This document shows positions 47,345 through 56,752 of a stretch of 64,000 bases of DNA, piece after piece (the first letter of the stretch is position 1; each line of letters starts with the position of its first letter). The position numbers and the translations under genes are program-made. The notes below the pieces were generated by a model. The model was not told where the DNA came from and searched no databases. It saw only the letters and a program-made list of their open reading frames with translations. Source of the DNA: an uncultured Eubacteriales bacterium (GTDB lineage: Bacteria > Bacillota > Clostridia > Oscillospirales > Oscillospiraceae); the NCBI GenBank assembly GCA_900540635.1, contig UQGU01000001.1:79312-143311 (forward strand), read 5' to 3'.

Positions 47345-48887
47345 GGACGAGCAGTGGTACCGGATGCGCCACTGGGAATGTATGCGCCGGGGGGCGGGAA
47401 GCACGGTGGAGCCCGCCTCGGGGTGGCTGTTCAATGCCATCGCCAACAAACACGCCGAAGCCATGGACAATTTCCCCAGGCCCAATGTGCTGCCCCGGGA
47501 GGAGGGAGACAAGGAGCTGGCCAAGGTCCTGGGCAGCATCCTGCCGGTCATTTTGCAGCAGGAGGACTTTGAGGACACCTACGATCGGGTCATGGACGAC
47601 AAGCTGAAAACCGGTACGGGTATCTACGGTGTCTTCTGGAACCCGGACAAGCTGGACGGCCTGGGCGACATCAGCATCCACCGCATTGACGTGCTGAATC
47701 TCTATTGGGAAAGCGGCATTACGGACATCCAGCAGTCGAGAAACGTCTTCTATCTGCGGCTGTGGGACAACGATCTGCTTTTGGAGCAGTACCCCCAATT
47801 GGAGGGCAAGCTGGGAGCCCAGGAGACAGGAAACCGCTATGTATTCGAAGACCGGGTGGATACCTCGGAGAAGACGGCGGTGATTGACTGGTACTACAAG
47901 AAGCGGCAGGGCTCCAAAACGGTGCTGCACTACTGCAAATTCGTGGGCGACACGGTGCTCTTTGCCACGGAAAACGAGGCACGCTACCGGGACCGGGGCT
48001 GGTATGACCACGGGCTCTACCCCTTTGTGTTCGATCCCCTGTTCCGCACGGCGGGAAGCCCCTGCGGCTTTGGCTACATCGATGTGGGCAAGTCCGCCCA
48101 GGAATACGTAGACCGGGGCAACCAGGCTATCCTGCAAAATATGCTGTCCAACGCCCGGCCCCGGCACTTCATCCGGGCGGACGGGGCGGTGAACGAGGAG
48201 GAGTATGCAGACCTGAGCCGGGACTTTGTCCATGTGGACGGGGCGCTGGGCGACGACAGCATCAAGCCCATTGCCGGAAAGCCCCTGAGCGACATCTACG
48301 TAACGGTCATCGACAAGAAGATCGACGAGCTGAAGGAGGTCACGGGCAACCGGGACGTGTCCACCGGCGGCACCGTCTCCGGCGTGGTAGCGGCTTCCGC
48401 CATTGCAGCTATGCAGGAGGCGGGCACCAAGCTGAGCCGGGACAGCAACCATGCCTCCTACCGGGCCTTCCGGAAGGTCTGCCTCCTGGCGGTGGAGCTC
48501 ATCCGGCAATTCTACAAGCTGCCCCGCTGCTTCCGCATTCTGGGGGAGCAGGGCAGCCAGGAGTTCATCAGCTTCACCAATGCCGCCATGGAGCCCAGAA
48601 GTCAGGGCGTGGAGCTGGGCGTGGATATGGGCAGCCGCATTCCGCTGTTTGACATTGAGATCGGCGCGGAAAAGCAGAGCCCCTATTCCCGCCTCAGCCA
48701 GAACGAAATGGCCATGCAGTTCTTCAACGCGGGGCTGTTTGACCCCGGCCGGTGGGAACAGGCCCTGGCCGCACTGGAGATCATGGATTTTGACGGAAAA
48801 GGCACGGTCGAGCGTACCATCCGGGAAAACGGGCAGCGCTATGCTGCCGGGCAAATGCAGGGAATGCAGGAAAGGAGACAATTATGA
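47241..48887 (+). CDS. Portal protein; the exact start is uncertain because the 5' end overlaps the TerL frame
   Basis: About 550 aa after TerL and before the head protease-like gene. Typical position and size. Confidence 0.7.
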   Translation: MKQAMQIGPEQVRAARMILNRCREGKANLERRVIEDEQWYRMRHWECMRRGAGSTVEPASGWLFNAIANKHAEAMDNFPRPNVLPREEGDKELAKVLGSILPVILQQEDFEDTYDRVMDDKLKTGTGIYGVFWNPDKLDGLGDISIHRIDVLNLYWESGITDIQQSRNVFYLRLWDNDLLLEQYPQLEGKLGAQETGNRYVFEDRVDTSEKTAVIDWYYKKRQGSKTVLHYCKFVGDTVLFATENEARYRDRGWYDHGLYPFVFDPLFRTAGSPCGFGYIDVGKSAQEYVDRGNQAILQNMLSNARPRHFIRADGAVNEEEYADLSRDFVHVDGALGDDSIKPIAGKPLSDIYVTVIDKKIDELKEVTGNRDVSTGGTVSGVVAASAIAAMQEAGTKLSRDSNHASYRAFRKVCLLAVELIRQFYKLPRCFRILGEQGSQEFISFTNAAMEPRSQGVELGVDMGSRIPLFDIEIGAEKQSPYSRLSQNEMAMQFFNAGLFDPGRWEQALAALEIMDFDGKGTVERTIRENGQRYAAGQMQGMQERRQL

Positions 48888-49225
48888 TCCACACGCACTT
48901 TTTTCAGAAGAACGGCACGGTCTGCATGGAAATGCAGGGCCATGCCATGACGGCTCCCAAGGGTGCAGACCTGATCTGCGCAGCGGCCACCACGGTGGCC
49001 TACACCCTGGCTCAGGCGGTGCAGTTTCTGTATGAGCAGGGACTGCTGGAGGAGAAGCCGAAAATTCAGATTGCAGACGGCTATGCCCTTGTATCCGCCG
49101 CTCCCAAGGCGGAGGCCTGGGCGGAGACGCTCATGGCCTTCTGGGTCACCCAGGCAGGCGCCTATGTGCTGGAGCACAACTATCCCCAGGCGGTGTGCCT
49201 GATGCCTATGGAGGTATCCGCATGA
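48884..49225 (+). CDS. Prp-like (DUF464) cysteine protease
   Basis: 113 aa. GHAMTAPKGADLICAAATTVAYTL matches the Prp GHA...D.VCAA core. Confidence 0.65.
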   Translation: MIHTHFFQKNGTVCMEMQGHAMTAPKGADLICAAATTVAYTLAQAVQFLYEQGLLEEKPKIQIADGYALVSAAPKAEAWAETLMAFWVTQAGAYVLEHNYPQAVCLMPMEVSA

Positions 49226-49977
49226 CCGCATTCGAACTATGTAACTCCCTGAACTGGCAGCTTTTCGCGGAAGAAGCCGGTTCGGAGTCGGGCGTAACGG
49301 AGGCCAACGCCCAGCCTCAAGCCGAAGTTCCCTCCAATGGGCCGGAGGACTTCGAGAAACTGATCAAAGGCCCCTACAAGCAGGCCTACGATGCCAGAGT
49401 GAAGAGCATCCTTCAGCAGCGGCTGAAAAGCAGCCGGGAAACCGCAGAAAAATATGCTGCGGCCCAGCCCGTCCTGGAACTGATGCGGCAAAGGCTCGGC
49501 ATCGAAGGCGATGACTACGGCGCCATGGAGCAGGCCCTTCGGGAGCGCCTGCCGGAAACAAATCCTGCCGGGCAGCAGCGGCAAGAGGCGGAAATTCAGG
49601 CAGGCGCTGACCGGATGGTGGAAGCCTGGCAGCAGCGCAGCCGGGAAATTCAGGAAACCTATCCCGAATTTGACCTGGAAAGGGAGATGCTGCGCGCCGA
49701 TTTCCGGCAGCTGCTCCGGGCCCGGGTGGATATGCAGACGGCCTATGAAATTCTCCACAAGGAGGAGATCATCCCCGCTGCCATGGCCTATGCCGCCCAG
49801 ACCACAGAGCGGAAGCTGGCGGAAAAGCTCCGCTCGGAGGGCATCCGCCCCACAGAAAATGGTGCAGGCCAGTCCGGCGCCGTCAGTATGGGATCTCGGG
49901 TGTCCCAAATGTCCCGAAAGGAAATCGCCGACCTCTGCCGCCGGGTGGAGCGGGGCGAGAAGGTAAGCTTTGGTTAA
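49222..49977 (+). CDS. Scaffolding protein
   Basis: Highly charged, helical, Q/E/R-rich. N-terminal SLNWQLF|AEE, a Prp-type cleavage motif. Confidence 0.6.
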   Translation: MTAFELCNSLNWQLFAEEAGSESGVTEANAQPQAEVPSNGPEDFEKLIKGPYKQAYDARVKSILQQRLKSSRETAEKYAAAQPVLELMRQRLGIEGDDYGAMEQALRERLPETNPAGQQRQEAEIQAGADRMVEAWQQRSREIQETYPEFDLEREMLRADFRQLLRARVDMQTAYEILHKEEIIPAAMAYAAQTTERKLAEKLRSEGIRPTENGAGQSGAVSMGSRVSQMSRKEIADLCRRVERGEKVSFG

Positions 49978-49992
49978 GAAAGGAAGTATTTT

Positions 49993-51012
49993 ATGAACAT
50001 CACATCTTTGCAGCACTTTGCGGACAATCCCACGGTGAACGTCACCACCGACTCCAAGCTGTCCGCGGAAAACAAGACCTTTTATGACCGCGCTCTGGTA
50101 GAGGAGGCAGGGCCTAACCTGATCCACGGCCAGTTCGGCCAGAAGCGGCCCATTCCCAAGAATGGCGGCAAGCGCATTCAGTTCCGGCGCTATGCCTCCC
50201 TGCCCAAGGCTCTGAAGCCCCTGACCGAGGGCGTCACCCCCGAGGGCCGGAAGCTCAGCGCCACTGCCGTGGAGGCGGAGGTAAACCAGTACGGCGACTT
50301 TGTCTGCCTGTCCGATGTGCTGGACCTGACCGCCATTGACAATAACGTGCTGGAGGCCACCAAGGCCGTGGGCCGTCAGGCCGGCCTGACCCTGGACACC
50401 ATTACGAGAAACGTTTTGCAGTCCGGCACCAACGTGTTCTACTGCCCCAAGGTTGGGGCCAACGGCGTTCAGACCCCGGTGACGGACCGCTCCGGCCTGG
50501 ACAAGACCTGCACCCTCACCGTAGACGTGGTGAAGAAGGTGGCCGCCATGCTGAAGGCCGCCAACGCCCCCAAGATCGACGGCGACTATGTGTGCATCCT
50601 GCACCCCTATGTGGCCTATGACATTATGTCCGATCCCCGCTGGGAGGAAATGCACAAATACACCACCCCCGAAAATATGTACCAGGGGGAGATCGGCCGG
50701 ATTGCCGGTGTGCGTTTTGTGGAAACCTCCGAAGCGGCGGTTTACAAGGGCACGGAAAACAGCTGTCCCACGGGCCTTGCCGTGTTCGGCTGCCTGTTCA
50801 TTGCCCAGGGCGCCTACGGCGTGACCGAGGTCACCGGCGGCGGACTGCAGACCATCATCAAGCAGCTGGGCTCTGCGGGCACGGCCGATCCTCTGGACCA
50901 GCGCAGCACCGTGGGCTGGAAGGCATTGCAGACGGCGGAGATCCTGATGGAGCCCTACATGGTCCGGGTGGAGTGCTGCTCCGCCTTCAGCCCCACGGCA
51001 GAGGCGAATTGA
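49993..51012 (+). CDS. Major capsid protein
   Basis: 339 aa directly after the scaffold gene. N-terminal SLQHF|ADNP Prp-type motif. Confidence 0.75.
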   Translation: MNITSLQHFADNPTVNVTTDSKLSAENKTFYDRALVEEAGPNLIHGQFGQKRPIPKNGGKRIQFRRYASLPKALKPLTEGVTPEGRKLSATAVEAEVNQYGDFVCLSDVLDLTAIDNNVLEATKAVGRQAGLTLDTITRNVLQSGTNVFYCPKVGANGVQTPVTDRSGLDKTCTLTVDVVKKVAAMLKAANAPKIDGDYVCILHPYVAYDIMSDPRWEEMHKYTTPENMYQGEIGRIAGVRFVETSEAAVYKGTENSCPTGLAVFGCLFIAQGAYGVTEVTGGGLQTIIKQLGSAGTADPLDQRSTVGWKALQTAEILMEPYMVRVECCSAFSPTAEAN

Positions 51013-51013
51013 G

Positions 51014-51046
51014 AGTTGACAGTTGACAATTGACAGTTGACAGTTG
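51014..51046. repeat. Tandem array of five GTTGACA-type heptads, starting at the capsid gene stop
   Basis: gttgaca gttgaca attgaca gttgaca gttggcg. Confidence 0.8.
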
Positions 51047-51142
51047 GCGGAGACTGTGGACTGTCACGGTGTGTGGAAGATAGACAGAAAATTTGAAATT
51101 GACAGGGAAAGTTGATAGTAGATGGTGGTTATTAAGAAAATA

Positions 51143-51173
51143 ACTGTCAACTGTCAACTTTCAACTGTCAACT
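51143..51173. repeat. Inverted array of TGTCAAC heptads, partner of the 51014-51046 array
   Basis: actgtca actgtca actttca actgtca actg. Confidence 0.8.
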
Positions 51174-51193
51174 GAACCGAAGGGAGCGTTCAT

Positions 51194-51421
51194 ATGGAAG
51201 AGAAGACGACTGTTACGATTCGCCTGCCCCTGACCCGGGAGCAGCGGGAGGATGTATTTGTGGGCATCAACGGCAAGACCTGGCTCATCAAGCGGGGCGA
51301 GGCGGTAGAGGTGCCCTGGAATGTGGCCCAGGTGCTGGCCCGGCGGGAGAAGAGCCTGGCCGATGCCATGGAATTCGAAGCCCAGGCGGCCCAGCCCCTG
51401 GAGCATCTGGAGGGCAGATAA
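51194..51421 (+). CDS. Hypothetical small head-module protein
   Basis: 75 aa. The AAGGGAG RBS directly follows the heptad array. Confidence 0.5.
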   Translation: MEEKTTVTIRLPLTREQREDVFVGINGKTWLIKRGEAVEVPWNVAQVLARREKSLADAMEFEAQAAQPLEHLEGR

Positions 51422-51787
51422 ATGACGGTGCGGGAAGTGATCGAGGCGGCGGACCGGCGCAAGCCCAACCTCTACAGCCGGGAGGAAAAGCTGCGGTGGC
51501 TGGAGGAGGCCGAGGGCATGGTCTGGGGTGCGCTGGAAGCCTTTCACGCAGTGCGCGGCTCTTTTGAGGGCTTCGACCTGGAGGCCTGGCCGGACAAGCA
51601 GCTGATGCTGCCCAAGCCCTATACGGGGCTCTACTACCTCTGGCTGGAGGGGTCTATCTCCTATGCAGATCAGGACTTCACCCTCTACAACAACGCCATG
51701 AGCCGGTTCAATGCCCTTTGGCGGGAGTTCTTTGCCTGGTGCTGCCGGACCATTCCCCAGCCCGGAAAATCCTTCCGCTATCTGTAA
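51422..51787 (+). CDS. Hypothetical protein, possible head-tail adaptor
   Basis: 121 aa. Call is by position only. Confidence 0.4.
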   Translation: MTVREVIEAADRRKPNLYSREEKLRWLEEAEGMVWGALEAFHAVRGSFEGFDLEAWPDKQLMLPKPYTGLYYLWLEGSISYADQDFTLYNNAMSRFNALWREFFAWCCRTIPQPGKSFRYL

Positions 51788-51803
51788 AAAAGGAGGCGGC
51801 AAT

Positions 51804-53504
51804 ATGGAAATGCCCACATTGCGGCGGCTCCGGACCAGCCGCCGGACGGTGGATGCCTTCGGCGGGCTGAACCGGTGCCCCCGGACCGGCGAAGGGGAAT
51901 TTGCGCAGATGGAAAACCTGTCCTCGGACTTTTATCCCGTGCTGGCCCCCTGCCCGCCCCGGGAAAAGCTGGAGCCTGCGGGGGTCACCGCCCTGGGCGC
52001 AGGGCAGAGTCTTTTCTACACCCAGGGTACAGAGTTGGTGCTGGGGGACCGGCGAATTGACCTGGGTCTCACCCCGGAGGGGCCCAAGCAGCTGGTGAAA
52101 ATGGGGGCCTATGTGGTGGTGTTCCCGGACGGGAAATACGCCAGCACCCTGGACGGCGCGGACTTCGGCAGCCTGGAGGCCCGGTTCGAAGGAAACGGCG
52201 CGGTATTGACCCCCTGCACCCTGGAAGGCGCAGACCGAATCCCGGCGCACGTACAGTCCGCCGAGCCAAAGGAGCCGGAAAACGGCACCCTCTGGCTGGA
52301 CACGGCATCTTCCCCCGCCGTGCTGAAGGAATGGTCCGCCGCCTCCAACCTCTGGGTCGCAGTGGAAACACCCTATGTGCGCATTGACGCCCCGGGCATT
52401 GGCCTTTGCTTCCGGCAATACGACGGCGTGACCCTTTCGGGCACGGATGGGCTGGACGGGGCCAATGTGATCTGGCAGGCGGAGGAAAATTTCGTCGTGG
52501 TCTCCGGCGTATTGGAGGGGCAGCAGAAAATCGGTACGCTGCTTTTGTCCCGGACCGTACCGGAAATGGACTATGTCATCGAGTGCGGCAACCGGCTCTG
52601 GGGCTGCCGGGCGGGAACGGACCGCCAAGGAGATCCCGTCAATGAGATCTACGCCTCCAAGCTGGGAGACTTCCGGAACTGGAACTGCTTCATGGGGCTG
52701 ACCACGGACAGCTATGCCGTCACCGTGGGTACCCAGGGGCCCTTCACCGGGGCCATCACCTACCTTGGCAATCCCCTGTTTTTCAAGGAGGACTGCCTGT
52801 ATAAGATCTACGGCAGCTACCCCGCCGCCTTTCATGTCCAGTCCACGGTATGCCGGGGCGTGGCCCGGGGCAGCGGCGGGAGCCTGGCCATTGTGGGGGA
52901 GACGCTTTTCTATAAGTCCCCCATGGGCGTGTGCGCCTACGACGGCGCTCTGCCCGCAGAGGTGGGCAGAGCGCTGGGCACGGAGCCGCTGGAAGGGGGC
53001 ATCGGCGCAGGCTGGGCCGGGAAATATTTCCTGAGCCTGCGGGAGAGCACCGGAACGGATGCTCTGTATGTCTACGACAAGCTGCTGGGCCAGTGGCACC
53101 GGGAGACGGGCTTCGAAGCCCGGCAGATGGTGTCCCACGGCGGAAAGCTCTACGGTCTGGACGAAAGCGGCGAAATGTGGCTGCTGCGAGGCGGCAAAAG
53201 CCGGGAACGGGTAAAATGGATGGCCCGCACCGGGCGCATCTCCGGCTGGGACGGTCAGCGGATGGTCCTGAAAAGCCTGGAGCTGCAGCTGCTTCTGGCA
53301 AACCGCGCCCGGATGGACATCTCCGTGCGCTATGACGACCGGGGTGCCTGGGAAAAGGTGGGCACTCTGACGGGCTCGGACCGCCGCTTCCTGCTTCCCA
53401 TCCGGCCAAAGCCATGCAGCCATTTGGAGCTGCTGCTGGAGGGGGAAGGCGATGTCCGGCTCCTGTCCCTGACACGGGTGCTGCGGCAGGGAGGTGGGGT
53501 ATGA
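51804..53504 (+). CDS. Large structural hypothetical protein (566 aa); possible tail or receptor-binding protein
   Basis: Beta-rich repeats, for example LYGLDESGEMWLL. Call is by position. Confidence 0.5.
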   Translation: MEMPTLRRLRTSRRTVDAFGGLNRCPRTGEGEFAQMENLSSDFYPVLAPCPPREKLEPAGVTALGAGQSLFYTQGTELVLGDRRIDLGLTPEGPKQLVKMGAYVVVFPDGKYASTLDGADFGSLEARFEGNGAVLTPCTLEGADRIPAHVQSAEPKEPENGTLWLDTASSPAVLKEWSAASNLWVAVETPYVRIDAPGIGLCFRQYDGVTLSGTDGLDGANVIWQAEENFVVVSGVLEGQQKIGTLLLSRTVPEMDYVIECGNRLWGCRAGTDRQGDPVNEIYASKLGDFRNWNCFMGLTTDSYAVTVGTQGPFTGAITYLGNPLFFKEDCLYKIYGSYPAAFHVQSTVCRGVARGSGGSLAIVGETLFYKSPMGVCAYDGALPAEVGRALGTEPLEGGIGAGWAGKYFLSLRESTGTDALYVYDKLLGQWHRETGFEARQMVSHGGKLYGLDESGEMWLLRGGKSRERVKWMARTGRISGWDGQRMVLKSLELQLLLANRARMDISVRYDDRGAWEKVGTLTGSDRRFLLPIRPKPCSHLELLLEGEGDVRLLSLTRVLRQGGGV

Positions 53505-53938
53505 CCCCCTTGGAGCTGCGGCTGCCGAACCTGACGGAGGGCGAACCGGAAGCCCAGCTGCGGCAGCTGCGCAGCTACCTGTACCAGCTGACGGAGCAGC
53601 TGCAGCTGGCTCTGGGCAGCCGGGAAGAGGCCGCAGTCACACCGGATACCCAAAAGCTGCTCCGTGAAGCGGTGGCCCTGAGCGCCAAGCGGGGGGATGG
53701 CCGGTATGCGGGACTGGAAGCCCTGGAAGGTCCCTGGCGGCAGCAGGCAGGCGCAGCGGAAGCATTGGAGGCCCGGCTTGCATTGCTGGAGGGGAAACCG
53801 GAGCCCCCGGAATTGCCCGCTGAGGCCCTGTACCGGGAAGGCACAGCGGGTATGCAGGTTCAGCAGGCGGATACGGTCCGCTTTCTGCCCCTGCCCCCCT
53901 TCGTCCAAACCCCGGACGGGCACTGGCAAATTCAGTAG
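53501..53938 (+). CDS. Hypothetical phage protein
   Basis: ATGA overlap with the upstream gene. Confidence 0.5.
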   Translation: MTPLELRLPNLTEGEPEAQLRQLRSYLYQLTEQLQLALGSREEAAVTPDTQKLLREAVALSAKRGDGRYAGLEALEGPWRQQAGAAEALEARLALLEGKPEPPELPAEALYREGTAGMQVQQADTVRFLPLPPFVQTPDGHWQIQ

Positions 53939-53953
53939 AAGGAAGGAGAAGAC

Positions 53954-54589
53954 ATGGAAGAAGAGAAGAAAAAATACACCGCGTCTGCTCAGGTGGAGCA
54001 GGCGCGGCAGGAGGCCCAGGCCAGCGACACCCGGAAGCCCGGGGAATACGTCTCCAAATGGCAGCAGCAGCTGGACGCGGCCATGGAGAAGATCCTGAAC
54101 CGGGAGAAGTTTTCCTACAACCTGAACGGCGACGCCCTGTACCGGCAGTACAAGGATCAGGCCATTCAGAACGGGCGGCTGGCCATGCAGGATACCCTGG
54201 GGCAGGCGGCGGCCATGACCGGAGGCTTCGGCAGCTCCTACGGTCAGACCGCAGCCCAGCAGGCCTACCGGCAGCAGATGGCGAATCTGGGTGACAAGGC
54301 CTCCGCCCTTTACGACAAGGCCCGCTCGGAATACGACCGGCAGGGCACGGCGGACAAGCAGGCCTATGACCTGCTCCTGCAGCGGGAAAACAGCAGCCAG
54401 AACCAGTACAAGCAGAATCTGGCGGCCTGGGAAGCGGAGAATCAGCGGCTCTGGAACCGCTACGACCAGGCCCGCAGTGACGACTACGGCGCCTACCGGG
54501 ACGAGATCAAGGACGACCAGTGGCTCCGGGAATTCCAGCAGGCCCAGGAGCAGTTCTACGAAAAGCTGCGGCGGCAGTATGGCTACTAA
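53954..54589 (+). CDS. Hypothetical Q/A-rich phage protein
   Basis: 211 aa. Confidence 0.5.
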   Translation: MEEEKKKYTASAQVEQARQEAQASDTRKPGEYVSKWQQQLDAAMEKILNREKFSYNLNGDALYRQYKDQAIQNGRLAMQDTLGQAAAMTGGFGSSYGQTAAQQAYRQQMANLGDKASALYDKARSEYDRQGTADKQAYDLLLQRENSSQNQYKQNLAAWEAENQRLWNRYDQARSDDYGAYRDEIKDDQWLREFQQAQEQFYEKLRRQYGY

Positions 54590-54599
54590 AGGAGGCGGC

Positions 54600-55661
54600 A
54601 TGATTTTATCCAGTTTGACCGTTCCCCTGACCGTTCAGGGGGACACCCTGGGCGCTCCCCTGGCCATTACGCTGCCCTGCCTGGGGCGGACGGTAGGGCT
54701 GCGCTACCGCTGCGGTGCAAAATCGGGAACCGTCGCAGCCCCCGGCAGACTCACCCGGGCAGAATGGACACCGCCGCTGACCCTGGCAGAGGAATATCCG
54801 GACCGGGATAAAATCCCCGTCAAGCTGATTCTGGATGCCTATGAAAACGGCAAAATCGAAGACAGCCGGGAAAAGCAGGTGCTGCTGTCCATCCCGGAAG
54901 GATTCCATCCCACGGTGACGCTGCGGGCAGCACCCCAGGCAGGGGATCGCTTTCTGCAAGGCGGCCAGGCCCTGGTTGAAGTGACTGCTTCGGGAACTCT
55001 GGGCGCAGAGATCACCGGCTGCACCGTCCGCTGCGGCGATCTGACCGGGCAGGGGCAAAGGCTTCGCTTCGACCTGCCCCAGGCAGGGGAAATTCCGGTG
55101 ACGGCCCGGGTAACGGACAGCCGGGGCAGGTCTTCCCAGGCGAGCGCCACCGTCTCCGTGGAGCCGGGCGGCACCGGCAGCGAGTCTCCCCTGGTGGACC
55201 TGAACCCGGCGGCCAAGGCCCTGGGCATCGGCTGCCGGGGAGATGCCCAGAATACCCTTTCCATGGGTCTGGCCCTGGACATGGGCGGGCAGCGGCTATC
55301 CGGGCTGCCTACGGCGGCGGAGTCCACCGATGCCATGTCCCTGGGGCAGGCGGCGGCAAGCTTTCTGGGGCTGCGGAAGCTCTGGGAGAATCCGAGCCCC
55401 GAGCAGGAATTTCCCGCCCAGACCGTTGCTGCCGCCGGGGCGCTTCTGCTCATCGAGGCGGCGGCTCAGGCGGGCAGTGCGCAGCGGGTCTGGGAGCTTG
55501 CCGGGACTGCCGGGGCCATAAGAGTATTTTCCGGCAGCACCCTGGCGGTCCGAACGCTCCGGCAGACCGAAGCCGGGCTGGAATTCGCCGCTGCCGCACC
55601 GGCAGACACCTGGGCGGTGCCTCTGGCGGTATACGCACTGAAAGAAGGGAGTATTGGATGA
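54600..55661 (+). CDS. Hypothetical phage structural protein
   Basis: 353 aa with a GGAGG RBS. Confidence 0.5.
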   Translation: MILSSLTVPLTVQGDTLGAPLAITLPCLGRTVGLRYRCGAKSGTVAAPGRLTRAEWTPPLTLAEEYPDRDKIPVKLILDAYENGKIEDSREKQVLLSIPEGFHPTVTLRAAPQAGDRFLQGGQALVEVTASGTLGAEITGCTVRCGDLTGQGQRLRFDLPQAGEIPVTARVTDSRGRSSQASATVSVEPGGTGSESPLVDLNPAAKALGIGCRGDAQNTLSMGLALDMGGQRLSGLPTAAESTDAMSLGQAAASFLGLRKLWENPSPEQEFPAQTVAAAGALLLIEAAAQAGSAQRVWELAGTAGAIRVFSGSTLAVRTLRQTEAGLEFAAAAPADTWAVPLAVYALKEGSIG

Positions 55662-55918
55662 ACGCAACGGTATTGGCATCCCTGATCACGGGGCTGCTGT
55701 CTCTGGCGGGGGTCATGCTGAGCAATCTCCTGTCGGACCGGCGGCGGGAAAATGCCCTGCGGACAGCCCAGGCCGTAACGGATGAGCAGCTGCGGCAGCT
55801 GACAAGGGAGGTCCGGGAGCACAACAATTTTGCCCGGCGGATGCCGGTGGTAGAAGAGCAGATCAAAGTCATCAATCACAGGTTAGAGGACCTGGAAAAG
55901 GAAGGAGCAAAATCATGA
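55658..55918 (+). CDS. Small N-terminal-TM coiled-coil protein; lysis-associated
   Basis: 86 aa, coupled to the holin gene. Confidence 0.4.
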   Translation: MNATVLASLITGLLSLAGVMLSNLLSDRRRENALRTAQAVTDEQLRQLTREVREHNNFARRMPVVEEQIKVINHRLEDLEKEGAKS

Positions 55919-56166
55919 TCAATTGGAAGGTACGTCTGAAAAATGTGAATTTCTGGCTGGCGGCAATCCCCGCCGCCCTGCTGGTAGCCCAGAGCATCGC
56001 CGCTCTGTTTGGCTTTGCCCTGCCCGTACAGGCAGTGGAGGGAAAGCTGCTGGACCTGATCAATGCAGTGTTTGGACTGCTGACCATTCTCGGCATCGTC
56101 AATGACCCCACCACCCGCGGCCTGCGCGACAGCACCCGGGCAATGGAATATCAAAATCCCAACTAA
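55915..56166 (+). CDS. Holin, LL-H family
   Basis: MINWKVRLKNVNFWLAAIPAALLV matches the LL-H holin N-terminal signature. Confidence 0.65.
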   Translation: MINWKVRLKNVNFWLAAIPAALLVAQSIAALFGFALPVQAVEGKLLDLINAVFGLLTILGIVNDPTTRGLRDSTRAMEYQNPN

Positions 56167-56174
56167 TACGCCAT

Positions 56175-56200
56175 GGGGCGGCTGCTTTTGCAGCCGCCCC
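56175..56200 (+). terminator. Hairpin ggggcggctgc-tttt-gcagccgcccc after the holin gene
   Basis: 11-bp perfect stem. There is no immediate T-run, but a T7 run lies 15 nt further on. Confidence 0.4.
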
Positions 56201-56348
56201 GGAAGCGCAGCATTACCCACTTTTTTTCGCAGGCGTGCAAACAAGTGCACAAAAATGCCCCCTTTTTTCTCTTAGCATAACTATCCCACAGAGTGGAACA
56301 GCCAGTAAGAGGAACAGGGGGCATTTTGTTTACGTAATATGTCGGCCC

Positions 56349-56579
56349 TCAGAAGGGATGGCGGCAGCCGTAGAGGAATACGGCCATGGGGGCGAGGAGC
56401 ACAGGGGTTCCTGCGAACACCAGCAGCCAATCCGGAGTCCCCAGGGCCACCCGGGAGACGGCCAGCCACAGCACAGCCCCCAGCAGCGCGCCAATAACGG
56501 CCAAAACCCACACGCAAACCCTATATTTGCGCTCTGCCATCCAGGAAGTACGGTCTACAAGATTCCACAGTTTTTTCAT
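56349..56579 (-). CDS. Small membrane protein, hypothetical
   Basis: Two predicted TM helices. Confidence 0.4.
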   Translation of the reverse strand: MKKLWNLVDRTSWMAERKYRVCVWVLAVIGALLGAVLWLAVSRVALGTPDWLLVFAGTPVLLAPMAVFLYGCRHPF

Positions 56580-56752
56580 AACAATTCCTTCTTTCTGCCC
56601 TCACCCTACCCCCGGAAGGTAAAGGGCGCAACGGTGGAATCGTAAAACATAGGTAAAATCCCGAAATTTTACACTGGCTTTACATTCCGCCCCGTTTGGA
56701 CTTTACGCAGCCAATTTAAGATAGGGTCAGAAACGTAAAGGAGCTGTAAAAA

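Larger units (their letters stand above)
43943..56200. mobile_element. Phage-like island: ImmA/ImmR switch plus a DNA-packaging/head module and holins. No integrase, replication genes, tape measure or endolysin were recognised.
   Basis: Gene content as listed. Bounded by a COG1373 ATPase on the left and a hairpin terminator after the holin on the right. Confidence 0.6.

Noticed and set aside
47238-54601. Several long minus-strand ORFs inside the head module (47238-48881, 49237-50655, 51708-53423, 53330-54601)
   Set aside because: All are antisense to a co-oriented, RBS-supported phage gene series. GC-rich shadow frames.
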